A DNA stretch of 63,365 bases, filler included, from Globobulimina sp. (GCA_003354225.1; 50 parts of 50 records of this genome joined end to end with filler, not necessarily neighbours in it); one strand, 5' to 3'. Counted from the first letter of the whole stretch, positions 1-11,430 are shown. Made by a program: numbers and translations. The notes: generated by a model from the letters alone, not told the origin.

Positions 1-681
1 TATATACGTTTTGGTTTTCCTTTTACATGATGTATGCATGCATTCAATGGGATATGATATGCGACCTGTATTTTTGATGGTGGCGGTGTAAATGGTAATT
101 TAGTTGATACATTCATTTTTGATTTAATTTTCGAACCCAACTAGCTTACTTCAAGAAAACTTCAAATATCTAAATCTCAGTGTGTTACAGAATTTTTTGC
201 TTTCGAAAAATATGATATCAACTTCAAAAAGTAAAATTACAAATATTAAAATTATAATAAATCATAACAAATCCAACAGAAAAATGTAAAATATAAAACA
301 AAGGAAAAAAGGAAAGAGAAAAAACAAACATCAAACAATTGATAGAGATTTCCAATTATTTCTCATATTTACTGCTGAAATTGACTTCGATCTTTTTATG
401 ATATTTACTGCAAATCAGTCAAAATCAGTTACAAATTTACAATTGGAAATCCCTAATTTAATGACTCCAGACAATTGCAAACATTTTAGTCGTCAATGTC
501 GCACAAATTAATGTCACATCCAAATGAATCACAATCTAATGACTCACATTTTGATTGAATCAGTCGAAAACTTAATTGTTTATACATTATATTTATATCA
601 TTTAAATTTAAGTTATCTTCATCTTCAAATTCGTCTTCATTATCACCTTCATATTCTGATACATATTCAATTTTATTTGAT

Positions 682-1035
682 TTAATTGCATCCGGATCCG
701 ATATTATTACATGTTTTGTATGAATTATAACTGTTGATAATCGTTGTGGAAGCATTTGTTTTTTGCTCTTGTGGTGATAATTTTGCTTCTAATTTTCGAT
801 ACACTTCAGTTTCTGATAGATTTGCAAAGGAATCATCTGATGAAGTGGCCCATGGATAATCATACGCGCTATTTGCTGTATCATTAGATTCCGATTCTGA
901 TTCTGTATAATCAGTGGTTGCATCGAGGAAAGCAGTAACAGGACTTTTTGGGGTAGTTGCTATTGCAAACGATGATGAATAATAACCAGCTTCGCTATCA
1001 GAAAATGTTTTAATTTTGGTTGTATCCGCATCCAT
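682..1035 (-). CDS. Hypothetical Ser/Asp-rich protein; acidic continuation in another frame (486..755), possibly frameshifted
   Basis: ATG-initiated low-complexity ORF; no family recognised. Confidence 0.3.
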   Translation of the reverse strand: MDADTTKIKTFSDSEAGYYSSSFAIATTPKSPVTAFLDATTDYTESESESNDTANSAYDYPWATSSDDSFANLSETEVYRKLEAKLSPQEQKTNASTTIINSYNSYKTCNNIGSGCN

Positions 1036-1170
1036 TGATCTTCAAAGTAAAGTTTTTCTTCCTTTCCAAAATCAAATCACATCCAAATTAAATTCAAAAT
1101 GATTCGCAACCCGTCCACAAACTCTGATGGCACGCCAGACTTAAATGAAGAGGAAAAACTATTATTCTCC

Positions 1171-1270
1171 NNNNNNNNNNNNNNNNNNNNNNNNNNNNNN
1201 NNNNNNNNNNNNNNTTAATTAATTAANNNNNNNNNNNNNNNNNNNNNNNNNNNNNNNNNNNNNNNNNNNN
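1171..1270. other. Artificial contig linker N44-TTAATTAATTAA-N44 (first of 49 copies, every ~1270 bp)
   Basis: Identical 100-nt spacer with a six-frame stop cassette recurs throughout; intervening segments are 1170, 1169 or 1168 bp in descending order. Confidence 0.99.
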
Positions 1271-1540
1271 TTGTTTTTGTTGCCGGATTCAGTTTGTTAA
1301 CAGCTCGAAAACGTTTTTGCGATGTGTTTAAATTTGAGAGATGTTTACAAGCAACGTTTTTTTCTCAGCCTTAACTTGAAATTATATTTGTTGCAATAAA
1401 ACCAATATCTTCTTCTTTCGCGCAGTTTATTATATTGTTTATCTTCATTGCATTATTATTTGTTTATACGTGATTGAGAAATTGCATTTTAATGTGTGAT
1501 GTTTTTTAAGCCCTTTCACTGCAAGTTTTAGGTAGCAAGC

Positions 1541-2440
1541 ATGGCAGTCTTATTGTTTTTATTATCCACTGTTTCCGTAGCATTGTCATTATTAGATGAC
1601 CCCCGATCATACAATACATCATATGAGCCGCGACCAATGACGATTGTGATGAAATTAGTTGAAGAAGCAACTATTGTGTGTATGATTGAAGGCACCTGTC
1701 CTAATAATAGACCATCGTTGGTAAATAATCCTAAACCTTGCATCGATGGGATGTCTAACGGGCTTTACCCCTGTAATAATATTGATTTATTAGGTTATTT
1801 AAATCTTGTTGACTTAGGCTCAAATGCCAACGCATTGGGCAATGATGTCTGGGGATGGAAAGACACGGTTTTAAATCGTTTATATGCATTGACGGGACAA
1901 ACAGATGGATCCTCCATTGTGGATGTAACAGATCCCACGAATCCCGATGTATTAGTATTTATACCCTCCACTTTATCACATTTTGTAAACTGGCGTGATA
2001 TGAAAATATTTAATAATGGCTGGGCCTTTGTGGTGGCGGATAGTTCAAATCATGGCATACAATATTTTAATATGAGAGTATTGATACAAACGGCACGGAA
2101 ACATCGGACTATGCTTAATGTTACAAAACGAATTTACAGAGCTAATTTAAACGATGATGTCGGTGTTGATTCACAAGTTGGCAATGTACACAATATTGCA
2201 TACAATGAACAAACGGGTTTCCTATATGCGGTTGGCTCAAATTCGCAGAATTCTCGAGGTATATACATATCATATATGTCATTGTATATATATTGTTTTT
2301 GAAATGAAAATAAAGCGTTTCTACAGTTAAAATACCATTAATTTAAAAGGTGGCTTGATAATGTATGACGTGGCAATGCCGGACATTACACAGAATCGAT
2401 TGGAGATTGTGGGTGTTTATGCAGAGGATGGCTATACGCA
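1541..2440 (+). CDS. Secreted choice-of-anchor B / LVIVD-type beta-propeller protein, 3' partial; intron 2259..2349
   Basis: Signal peptide; motifs PC.NIDL, GNDVWGW.D, VDVTDPTNP, WRDMK, HGIQ.F, HNIA.NE.TGFLYAVG. Splicing GT(2259)..AG(2349) restores GGLIMYDV...EDGYTH. Confidence 0.85.
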
Positions 2441-3379
2441 NNNNNNNNNNNNNNNNNNNNNNNNNNNNNNNNNNNNNNNNNNNNTTAATTAATTAANNNN
2501 NNNNNNNNNNNNNNNNNNNNNNNNNNNNNNNNNNNNNNNNAGAATAAATATAAAAATGGCTTGTTTCGGTGTAGGATCCATTTGGATCATAAACCGGAGA
2601 ATGTGTCGAAAATAAATCTGGGGATGGGGTTATTTTGTAAATATGCGAATAATTTTGATAATTATAGTTATGGCGAACTGAGATATGACAAATTGTATAA
2701 TGTATCGTTGCATTCTTTATTTAAAACAAAACTATTAAAGAAAAATTTGGATAAATTTAATTTAAAAGAATTTGAATTAAAATTACAAATACAGTTATTT
2801 TATATTTATGATTTTAACGGGAAAATAATTAAAATCAACCAATCCACGATCAAAAATAATATGAATTTTATTGATTAATTGTTGCCTCATTCTTTCTTTT
2901 TGTTCTTTCTTTATTATTTTGTTATTATTTTTAATTTTTTATTATTATTTGAATTGTCATAAAGAAAATAAATATATACATATTATTATTATTTATTGTA
3001 ATAATGATATCAGTACACACATCTTTGTGATATCATTGTTTCTTTTTTTTTGTTTTTTGTTCACATTCTTTTTTTTTATTATTATTTTGTATTAATTAAG
3101 TTCAAATTTTCACTTTTTTTTTTAGTGTAATAACATCTACGGAACACGAGACAACACACTCGTATATATTTCGTACAATTATACTTTTTTACCAAAAAAT
3201 TGAAAGCTGACATTAAAAAACTAGAGCATTTAGTGTTTTGAAGACAAAACGATTTTTAGAGCGTTTATAATGGTAAAAATAATACCAAATTCAGTCCAAT
3301 TATAATACATCCAAGTATAGAATATGAAATATATGACTCAGCCATTGTATTAATAGTCAGACGTTTTTGACGAAAAAAA

Positions 3380-3603
3380 AGCCGACCACTGACCACTGAG
3401 CTACGCTGGCGTCGGATACGCTAGGCCAACTTTATTGGCTGAGCTGCAATCCGGTTTCGGCAAACTTCCATGGCCACCGTCCTGACGCGTTAGACCATAG
3501 TGCTATCCTGACAATTGTAACTGTGTGGTCTAACCCCTAAACGAGAATCATACCACTAGACCATTGGCCTATCGGGTAACAGCCGACCACTGACCACTGA
3601 GCT
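3380..3603 (-). repeat. 23-bp direct repeats (AGCCGACCACTGACCACTGAGCT at 3380..3402 and 3581..3603) flanking tRNA-like fragments
   Basis: Exact repeat seen. Minus strand contains GGCCAATGGTCTAGTGGTATGATTCTCGTTTAGGG (tRNA-Pro 5' half-like) and other A-box-like pieces. Confidence 0.7.
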
Positions 3604-3863
3604 TTTGTATAGTCATATATACACAGGTACAGCATAGCTTGCGTATAAATTCATGATAAGTTTCATGAAAGCAATAAAAACAGAAATCAATAACAAACCA
3701 AAGTACAGTCNNNNNNNNNNNNNNNNNNNNNNNNNNNNNNNNNNNNNNNNNNNNTTAATTAATTAANNNNNNNNNNNNNNNNNNNNNNNNNNNNNNNNNN
3801 NNNNNNNNNNTTTTTCACAAGTTAGATAAAAATAATAATGCAACGCTTGTTGCTTCCGCCTCG

Positions 3864-4833
3864 ATGTACCAGATACTATTACAATTCTGCATTCATCGTA
3901 GCAAACGCATTCAACCGCACCTTATTCAATCCTCAACGGTAAGCACAACGACCACCGCAACGCAAACCGTAACACAGAATGAGGACAACAAAAGAAAGAA
4001 TGAAGAGGATGAACGCAAAGAGGCAGAGGATAAGCAGACCAATCTATCATTTAAACGGAGATGGAGCATGTATATAACCGGTGCGATGTTGGCGGCATTC
4101 TTATACAAAGCGTGCAAATCGCCATCGCAATATTCGACATTACCGTCAGATATAACAAACCAACCATTGACCCTCAGATCCTATCTATTTAGTAATATAT
4201 TGGCAAACAGAGCATTGTCACGCATCATGGCGCCATTGACCGAGAAAACAATACCAATAAAATGGAGAACATACATTTATAAATCCGTTGGTTTATTTTG
4301 GACTGTGAATTGGGACGAATTTAAGCCAAATCTCCAACATTATGCTACATTTAAACAGTTTTTTATTCGACCATTGGAATATCAAAGAACGTTATCTCCG
4401 AACGATTTGATCTCACCGTCTGATGGCAGAGTGTTGACCTTTGGAGAAATCGATAGAAACAATGGCACATTGGAGCAAATCAAAGGCGTTACGTTCAAAT
4501 TACAACAGTTTTTATATGGATATGACAGCATGGATTTGCATCCCAATATGTTAAATATCGAGAATTCTGAGGCGAATAACAAAAATAAATTGTATTATAC
4601 CATAATCTATCTGGCTCCAGGTATCGTATACGAATTTGTGAGAAATTTCTGCGTTTTATCAACATATAATTATACAAAGGCGACTATCATAGGTTCCACG
4701 CATGCGGAGATAACATAAAAATAGATTGTATAAATCATATTGTCGGCGACTTATACCCCGTAAAACCTTCATGGTTGAGGGAAATACCTGGTTTGTTCAC
4801 CTTGAATGAGCGTATTGTGATGACTGGGAAATG
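3864..4833 (+). CDS. PISD: Phosphatidylserine decarboxylase, mitochondrial PISD/Psd1 type; intron 4621..4679; truncated by a chimeric junction
   Basis: F..FF.R.L, SPSDG, EQIKGVTF; spliced YLAPG|DYHRFH and LFTLNERIVMTGKW. Confidence 0.88.
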
Positions 4834-4980
4834 GAGAAACTCTGCGCGAAGTCGGGGATCGCCGCTCGACATATTTCAGCGCCAAACGAAACGGCCAGTG
4901 ATTTGGGTTATCAGGCCGCTCTGAAACTGCTCAATCGAACCCTTGTTCCCACTGAGCAGATCGACTATGTGCTCTTTTGC
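4831..4980 (+). CDS. fabH: Bacterial 3-oxoacyl-ACP synthase III (FabH-like) N-terminal fragment
   Basis: KSGIAARHISAPNETASDLGYQAALKLL...IDYVLFC matches the FabH/KAS III N-terminus; GC content rises abruptly. Confidence 0.8.
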
Positions 4981-5080
4981 NNNNNNNNNNNNNNNNNNNN
5001 NNNNNNNNNNNNNNNNNNNNNNNNTTAATTAATTAANNNNNNNNNNNNNNNNNNNNNNNNNNNNNNNNNNNNNNNNNNNN

Positions 5081-6151
5081 GATCGAATTTGCTCTTCTTT
5101 GCTTAATTAAATGAGTCAGTTTTTCCACCATACGATCCCGACACAGTTCATCCATATTATTAATATCGTCATTATCCTCATTTGTATCCATTAATTCATT
5201 CATATTAATCCGCAACGAATGGAATATAAAACAATGTGCAGTGTCTAAGCATTGTTGGCAAGCAATATATTTATTGATTGCATCCGAATCATTCATTGCT
5301 TTCATTGCCGTGTTTGATGCGAAAAATAATTGCTTATTTTTATTACTATCACGTGAATAATATTCCTTTTCCCGCTCATATCGATCCATTACATAGCAAC
5401 CATTCACATTACACATATCTTCGTCGTTTTCCTTTTCGTTTTCTTTTTTTTCGTCCTCATCAAATCCCAATAATTGTTTATTGTCAATGACATATTTAAA
5501 ATCGCACAGAAATTCGATAAACCCATAATGTGGACATAATGAATAATTTATTAAATCATAAATATTGATATGTGCCCCTTTTTTGTCTGTTTTCTTTAAT
5601 CCAACCCACAAATCAAAGATTTTCAAAACACATTTTGTTCGCTCTAAGCAATGTTGGTTATTATTAATATTTATTTCGTCAAATATTACATTTAAATTAT
5701 ACGTGTCGCCAATGTCAATCCCTAATGTCATTAAATATGAATATATGTACGTATACATTGAATCTGGTGAGACTTTCTTTTGCTGTTTTTGTGCATTAAT
5801 ATGTTTGATATATTGCCCAATTTGACACATTTATCTGTCTTAACTTGTTTTGGTTGATTGCATATTGAACAGTGTGCCACATTCGATTCATTTAAAAATG
5901 TACATATTGTACACGGCCATTTATCATCATTTGGTATGAATTGTTTTTTATTGCCGCATATCTCACAATTTATTACATTTGCTTCATTAAAATAAGTACA
6001 CTTCGGACAGGGCCATTTTTGATCATCATTAAAATTATTATTTATTGATTCTTGCAATTGTTTCTGTATAAAAAAGTAACGTACATATAATTATATATGC
6101 ATCGCCTTTTTGAAACATATAAATATGTCATACATCATTGCCATTTTCCAT
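5081..6151 (-). CDS. Protein with two RanBP2-type zinc fingers followed by an unassigned domain, 3' partial; introns 6133..6064 and 5756..5722
   Basis: WPCPKCTYFN...CEIC and WPCTICTFLN...CSIC; both introns are GT-AG and join the ORF-track frames. Confidence 0.75.
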
Positions 6152-6567
6152 GGTTCTCTCAAACGAAATTATTGTTTTTGTTTGTTATTTTGTAGTAAGT
6201 TAACAAGCTGAGTTATCTCATGGAATTACATTCTTTTTTTGAAACATAATNNNNNNNNNNNNNNNNNNNNNNNNNNNNNNNNNNNNNNNNNNNNTTAATT
6301 AATTAANNNNNNNNNNNNNNNNNNNNNNNNNNNNNNNNNNNNNNNNNNNNGTAAGACAAAGCTTTAGTATTGTTGTCATTCTATGATTACTGGGGCAAAT
6401 AGGCAATGATCGTTGGTTGATACGTGGCTCATAGTTATTGATTTTTGTGCACAGTGAAAGGGAGTAGATGGTGGACCGCTTTGTTGGTGCCTTGTGTTTT
6501 GTTATATTTAAGTGTAATGACGGCATGATTCGATGAGATTCCAACTAAAATTGTTTTTTTAGTCACC

Positions 6568-7520
6568 ATGTCAAATAGCTTAATGAAGTATTATTCAATG
6601 GACCTGAGAGATTTGAGGAAGCTCTGTATGAACAAAAGCTTAACCGGAATCACCCGAAGATCTAATCGCCAGCAATGCATAAACTCCTTAACTTCCAACA
6701 AGAAACCAAAACGAACAAAGAAAAGTCGTTCAATCTCAAGTTTAGTTATTGTTTACTTTTATTCTCACATTACAAAACAACACAGAACATATTATCTCAG
6801 AAAACAGTCACAAATCAAACCATATTATCTCCGGAGACCCAAATCCCATCAGAACAAAAATAGAAAAAGTAGAAAAATTAAACAAATTTAAAAAAGAAGA
6901 AAAAGAAGAAGAAAACATTGAGATTATTTTAGAGAATTATTTAAAAAGTTGGAAATTGGGGCAATATATAAATATATTAATAGGTGAACTTGGAATGATT
7001 TGACTCTTTTAGAATTACAAAGTATGGGATTTAAACCTGGCCATTCTAAGAAATTTAAACGAAAAACTAATGAATGTTTTGTGCAAAAAAGAAAATTACG
7101 AACCGCAAGCACTAAACATCCGTATTCGACAGACAGTGCACTGCGAAACATCCCTACATCCACACAAACTGCATTAAATAAGTTAAATTACAGCCCGCCC
7201 GCTTTGCTAGATTTATTAAGCGAATCAGAAGAAGATACAAAACCCAAATATTTCAACAAACTCAATCATACTCATAGCAATGATGTGGATTTCGATGATG
7301 AGTCATCTCAATCTCACTCTGAATCTGAGGGTGAAGCCTCACCGATTTATCATAGATCACCATCTAAATCACAATCACAATCACACTCAAATGCAAATAC
7401 AAGGAAGAGTACAAGCGATATGATAGCCAGTATAGCCAAACCACAATATCATGAGCACATCCATAAGAATAACAATGTAAATGTTACACCCAATGTTCCC
7501 ATTGAGGCAATGTTGCGTAC
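6568..7520 (+). pseudogene. SAP/HEH-like N-terminus plus SAM domain protein; intron 6740..6785; frameshift or deletion inside the SAM domain near 7000
   Basis: LENYLKSWKLGQYINILIGELG / LTLLELQSMGFKPGHSKKF are two SAM halves in different frames. Confidence 0.55.
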
Positions 7521-7620
7521 NNNNNNNNNNNNNNNNNNNNNNNNNNNNNNNNNNNNNNNNNNNNTTAATTAATTAANNNNNNNNNNNNNNNNNNNNNNNN
7601 NNNNNNNNNNNNNNNNNNNN

Positions 7621-7790
7621 AAGACGAGACCAACTGCAAATTACCTGTTGAAATAAGAGTGATAGTATTATTTTTTTGTTTCAGCTCAATGTCCTGATTG
7701 AGGTGGGGTAAACTAAAGGAAAGTGTATTTTCACCTGACCGGAAACGTATTTTTTCTGCGGTCAATGTCTCGGATGGAAGGAAGATCTGC
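7621..7790 (-). other. Unrelated, probably bacterial coding fragment fused to PSD
   Basis: Protein departs from PSD at KRGDVAGE|QIFLP where F.FGGST is expected. Confidence 0.5.
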
Positions 7791-8681
7791 TCACCGGCAA
7801 CATCACCTCTTTTCACAAGCGCCCCTATTTTGCGCAAAGCAATGGGATCATCAACAGCCGGATTCTGACATTCACCACAAAACAATCGATACGAACCAAC
7901 CATCGTAGCAGCAATAACAAACATAATATATGAACATTTATTTGATTCGATCTCAACAATACATCTCTTATTATCTGTATACACATCAATGTCTTTGTTG
8001 ATTGCAATTTGGTTCACCGTATACAATGAACCATCAATAGCTTCAATACGAATAATTTTGCCACTCAGTGGATAATGCCATCTATGATAATCTTGCGGTG
8101 CTAACCTTGCAATTACAAAGGAACCACCATCATATTTACCAATATTTACATTCGATTTTGAACCCACTAAATTCTGCAATGTAAATTCACTTCCTTTGAC
8201 CCAAAATTTCGTAGAATCCAACATTGACTCAAATAGCATCATTCTGCAATCCGCTGGCGATAAAATAATATCTTCATTCGCGTCCAAAATCGGTCGATAT
8301 TCATCCACTTTGATACCACGCGCAAAAAAATCATTCATCGTTTTAAATTCATTCACATCTTTGTACAGCACTCGAGTGTCTAAATTGTGTTGTTTTATAA
8401 AGGAAGGGATATCTTTTGCGGATTGGGACGAATCCATAGCTTTACCTCCTTTCTTGCTCAATGCATATAATATTTGATGAGCGAGTTTACTTTCAACAAT
8501 CACCCGATTTACGTTGACACCATACATAGCTCGGTATAAATTCTTGTATTAATAATCCAGTGCTTCGATCTTTTATTTTAATCACTTTGTTAGTTGCGGA
8601 ATTTTTATGAGTAAAACCTGACATTAAATGTTTGTTATAATCCCCAGCTGCACCTAACTCTCCGTCTAAATAAATTGCCAT
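7790..8681 (-). pseudogene. PSD2: Phosphatidylserine decarboxylase, Psd2/PSD3 type; frameshift near 8525; C-terminal GGST cleavage motif replaced by foreign sequence
   Basis: FKTMNDFFAR, SPADCR, ARLAPQDYHRWHYP, AATMVGS, KRGD..G motifs. Confidence 0.8.
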
Positions 8682-9119
8682 TAAATCCTCCTAAAACGGC
8701 GACCAAGACAGATTAAGAATCTGCCAATAAGTTGGATCTGTCTCTTCTATGACTGTATTAAGCTGGGTGTTTAAAAAGGATTAACCCAGTNNNNNNNNNN
8801 NNNNNNNNNNNNNNNNNNNNNNNNNNNNNNNNNNTTAATTAATTAANNNNNNNNNNNNNNNNNNNNNNNNNNNNNNNNNNNNNNNNNNNNCACATTATTG
8901 TGGTCATTCGCGTTAATTAAATAAAAATAAAATATAGTGGAAAAATTATATTTTTTGTGTTTCTATTATAATTTTTACGTTATTGCCATTTTTGAGTGGA
9001 GTTTTAGCAAAACACCCTGCCCAATATATTATTGTTTCGATACGTTTGTGTAAATTAATTGCATGCAAAATCCCTTAAAATTAAAAAACATGGCTGAATG
9101 TTAGAGTTAGACTGCTATC

Positions 9120-9610
9120 ATGACACTTTGTGTAATAGTTAGTGCATATTGTGGATCTCATGCATCATTAACAAACGTATCGCAAATCTTTAAATACGCA
9201 AATGTATTATTAAAACGATGTAGTAAAATAGGAGAAGGTGATGTAATGTTATTATTCCAAGACACGTATGGAAAATGGACCAAATACGACTGGATGAATT
9301 GGATCCGAGCTAATAGCCGTAAATTAATATTAAACAATGTCACTAAACACCAAAATGTATGTTTACAACAATTACAAAAACAACCACAACAAAATCATAA
9401 TCACAACACTAATACTAATACAATAACCATGTTAAATACATTAAAAGAGTGCATATTTGATTGTAAGAGACATAATGAAAAGCACTCATCAGTCACATTC
9501 ATTTATCATATTGTTTTGATTGGAAATGAAAATTGTTTATCATTTAATGGTGATGCATATGTTCATAAACATAAATCATTGCCGCAATTACAGGCAATAT
9601 TGTCATTGAC
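9120..9610 (+). CDS. Hypothetical AT-rich eukaryotic protein fragment
   Basis: ORF with Q/N/H-rich stretch; no family recognised. Confidence 0.35.
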
Positions 9611-10060
9611 GCGCATCACTCCGAACAGGTTGACGTTGAAAACATTCTGGGCCTGACCAACTGAAAATCCTTCGTCGATTCCCCGTCGGATTTCAACTTC
9701 GAACCGCGCCATCATTTCATCTACCAAAGCCTGATTATGCTGTGTTACGCCCCAGGTTGCCGTGATGTAATAAACCTTTTGTTTTTTTGTGCCGCGGAAG
9801 CGAACCGACTCTCCGTACTTGGAGTCATACGACGATCCCTTCCCATCGCCATCCCAGCCAAGTAAAACCACTGCGTTGGGCAAATTCTTTTCCGTCAGCT
9901 CAGCGGTCATGCCGTCGATTTCAACCTGATTGCTGTTTTCCTCTTTTGGACTCCAATAGAGATCTCCATAGGTCCACTCCAAAGCGGTGGGTGAGCCGCC
10001 GTTCATGCTGGGGATCTCGGTCTGGTGTGCGATAAAAGACGCGGTGGCCAGCCTGGCGGA
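9600..10060 (-). CDS. GC-richer, probably bacterial hypothetical protein fragment, open from the contig end
   Basis: Stop-free frame from 10060 (SARLATASF...MNGGSP...); sharp composition change near 9600. Confidence 0.55.
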
Positions 10061-10558
10061 NNNNNNNNNNNNNNNNNNNNNNNNNNNNNNNNNNNNNNNN
10101 NNNNTTAATTAATTAANNNNNNNNNNNNNNNNNNNNNNNNNNNNNNNNNNNNNNNNNNNNCTGATTTAACACCACATGTTTACGATACAACCAAGTTATC
10201 CAAATGTTGTTGTTAATAAAACAGCTGGTGATGTTTTTAGCGATATTATATTCTAAGTATTAAATTCATTGACCATCCCATAAGTGTGGTGATAGACTGC
10301 TAGTCATACATATCTGCTACAGATGATTCAATTAATTCCTTTGTTTCAACGTTGTGGTTTGGTTTTTGAGTAATTTCACCCAATACAGGCGATAATTTTT
10401 GAGTAAACTCCATATTGAGCCACTGCAGTCACAGCTGTTGGCCTAGTCACAACTATAAATGAACTCACTGCAGATACAACTATCGGAGTTGATCTCTCAC
10501 CACAATAAGACCAAATTTGGAAACACTTTTGACACATTTTAGGTCACAACTTGTGCCT

Positions 10559-11062
10559 TTACAAATCGACAGGGTCAATTTCCTCGCTATCACTGTCTTC
10601 ATCATCCACTGTTAATGCAGTGATTTCCATGTCTCCTTTACTTTGATTTATTGTCAAATGTAAATATCTTCGTTTACACCATTTCCTGACAGTAAATATG
10701 ATCCAAAATAAAGTCGCTATAGAAAAGAAAATAAAAAAGACATCTGAAAATGTGATATGTTTGAAATAGAAATGCATGTCTTCTTCAAATGATTGCCATC
10801 GTGTTTTTAATTCATTGCACCTCAACATAAATAATACTGCAGTAAAGACATAACCACCTCCATATTCACACAAAATAACAATTAAATCCAAAAAATCATT
10901 GCATTTTCCAGTCTCAAAACATTTATCCAATATAAATGGTACAATCAGACAAATTACTAAACCAATGGTTAGATATAATATTACAAAGTTAGTGGAAGAT
11001 AATGGACATAAACAATCATTTTCTATTACAATTAAATCCAAATAAATCCCATCAGTATCCAT
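10559..11062 (-). CDS. Small membrane protein (about 3 TM segments, acidic tail), unknown family
   Basis: Complete ATG..TAA ORF of 167 aa with three hydrophobic stretches. Confidence 0.5.
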   Translation of the reverse strand: MDTDGIYLDLIVIENDCLCPLSSTNFVILYLTIGLVICLIVPFILDKCFETGKCNDFLDLIVILCEYGGGYVFTAVLFMLRCNELKTRWQSFEEDMHFYFKHITFSDVFFIFFSIATLFWIIFTVRKWCKRRYLHLTINQSKGDMEITALTVDDEDSDSEEIDPVDL

Positions 11063-11430
11063 TGTAGAATATGAGTATATGTCACCTTATGTATACATAA
11101 TAATAATAATTTGTCAGTTTGTCTTTTTCAAATCATTCGGAAAATAGTTTCTATTGACATCCATTTTATCGCACTCGTTTGTTATCACATTTAGATCGAC
11201 ATACAACGTCCATTAGACAAAGTGCATTTAAGTGAAAAGAAAGTAAAGTCACTAATTCAGTTGATTTTATCCGTCTACAATCAATATTTAACAGACTAAA
11301 CGAATAAATACTGAATTATGTCACCGTATTNNNNNNNNNNNNNNNNNNNNNNNNNNNNNNNNNNNNNNNNNNNNTTAATTAATTAANNNNNNNNNNNNNN
11401 NNNNNNNNNNNNNNNNNNNNNNNNNNNNNN

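Noticed and set aside
2871-3095. Hydrophobic F/I/L-rich ORF
   Set aside because: Product of T-rich 3' non-coding sequence.
3380-3603. Possible mini-CRISPR or intact tRNA gene
   Set aside because: Only two repeats about 180 nt apart, no cas genes; no complete cloverleaf or T-arm found.
3838-3942. Upstream ATG frame resembling a mitochondrial transit peptide for PISD
   Set aside because: The obvious 40-nt GT-AG candidate intron does not restore frame; could be an indel but cannot be supported.
3864-8681. Two PSD genes plus fabH as a lipid gene cluster
   Set aside because: They lie on different contigs ordered only by length; the fabH join looks chimeric.
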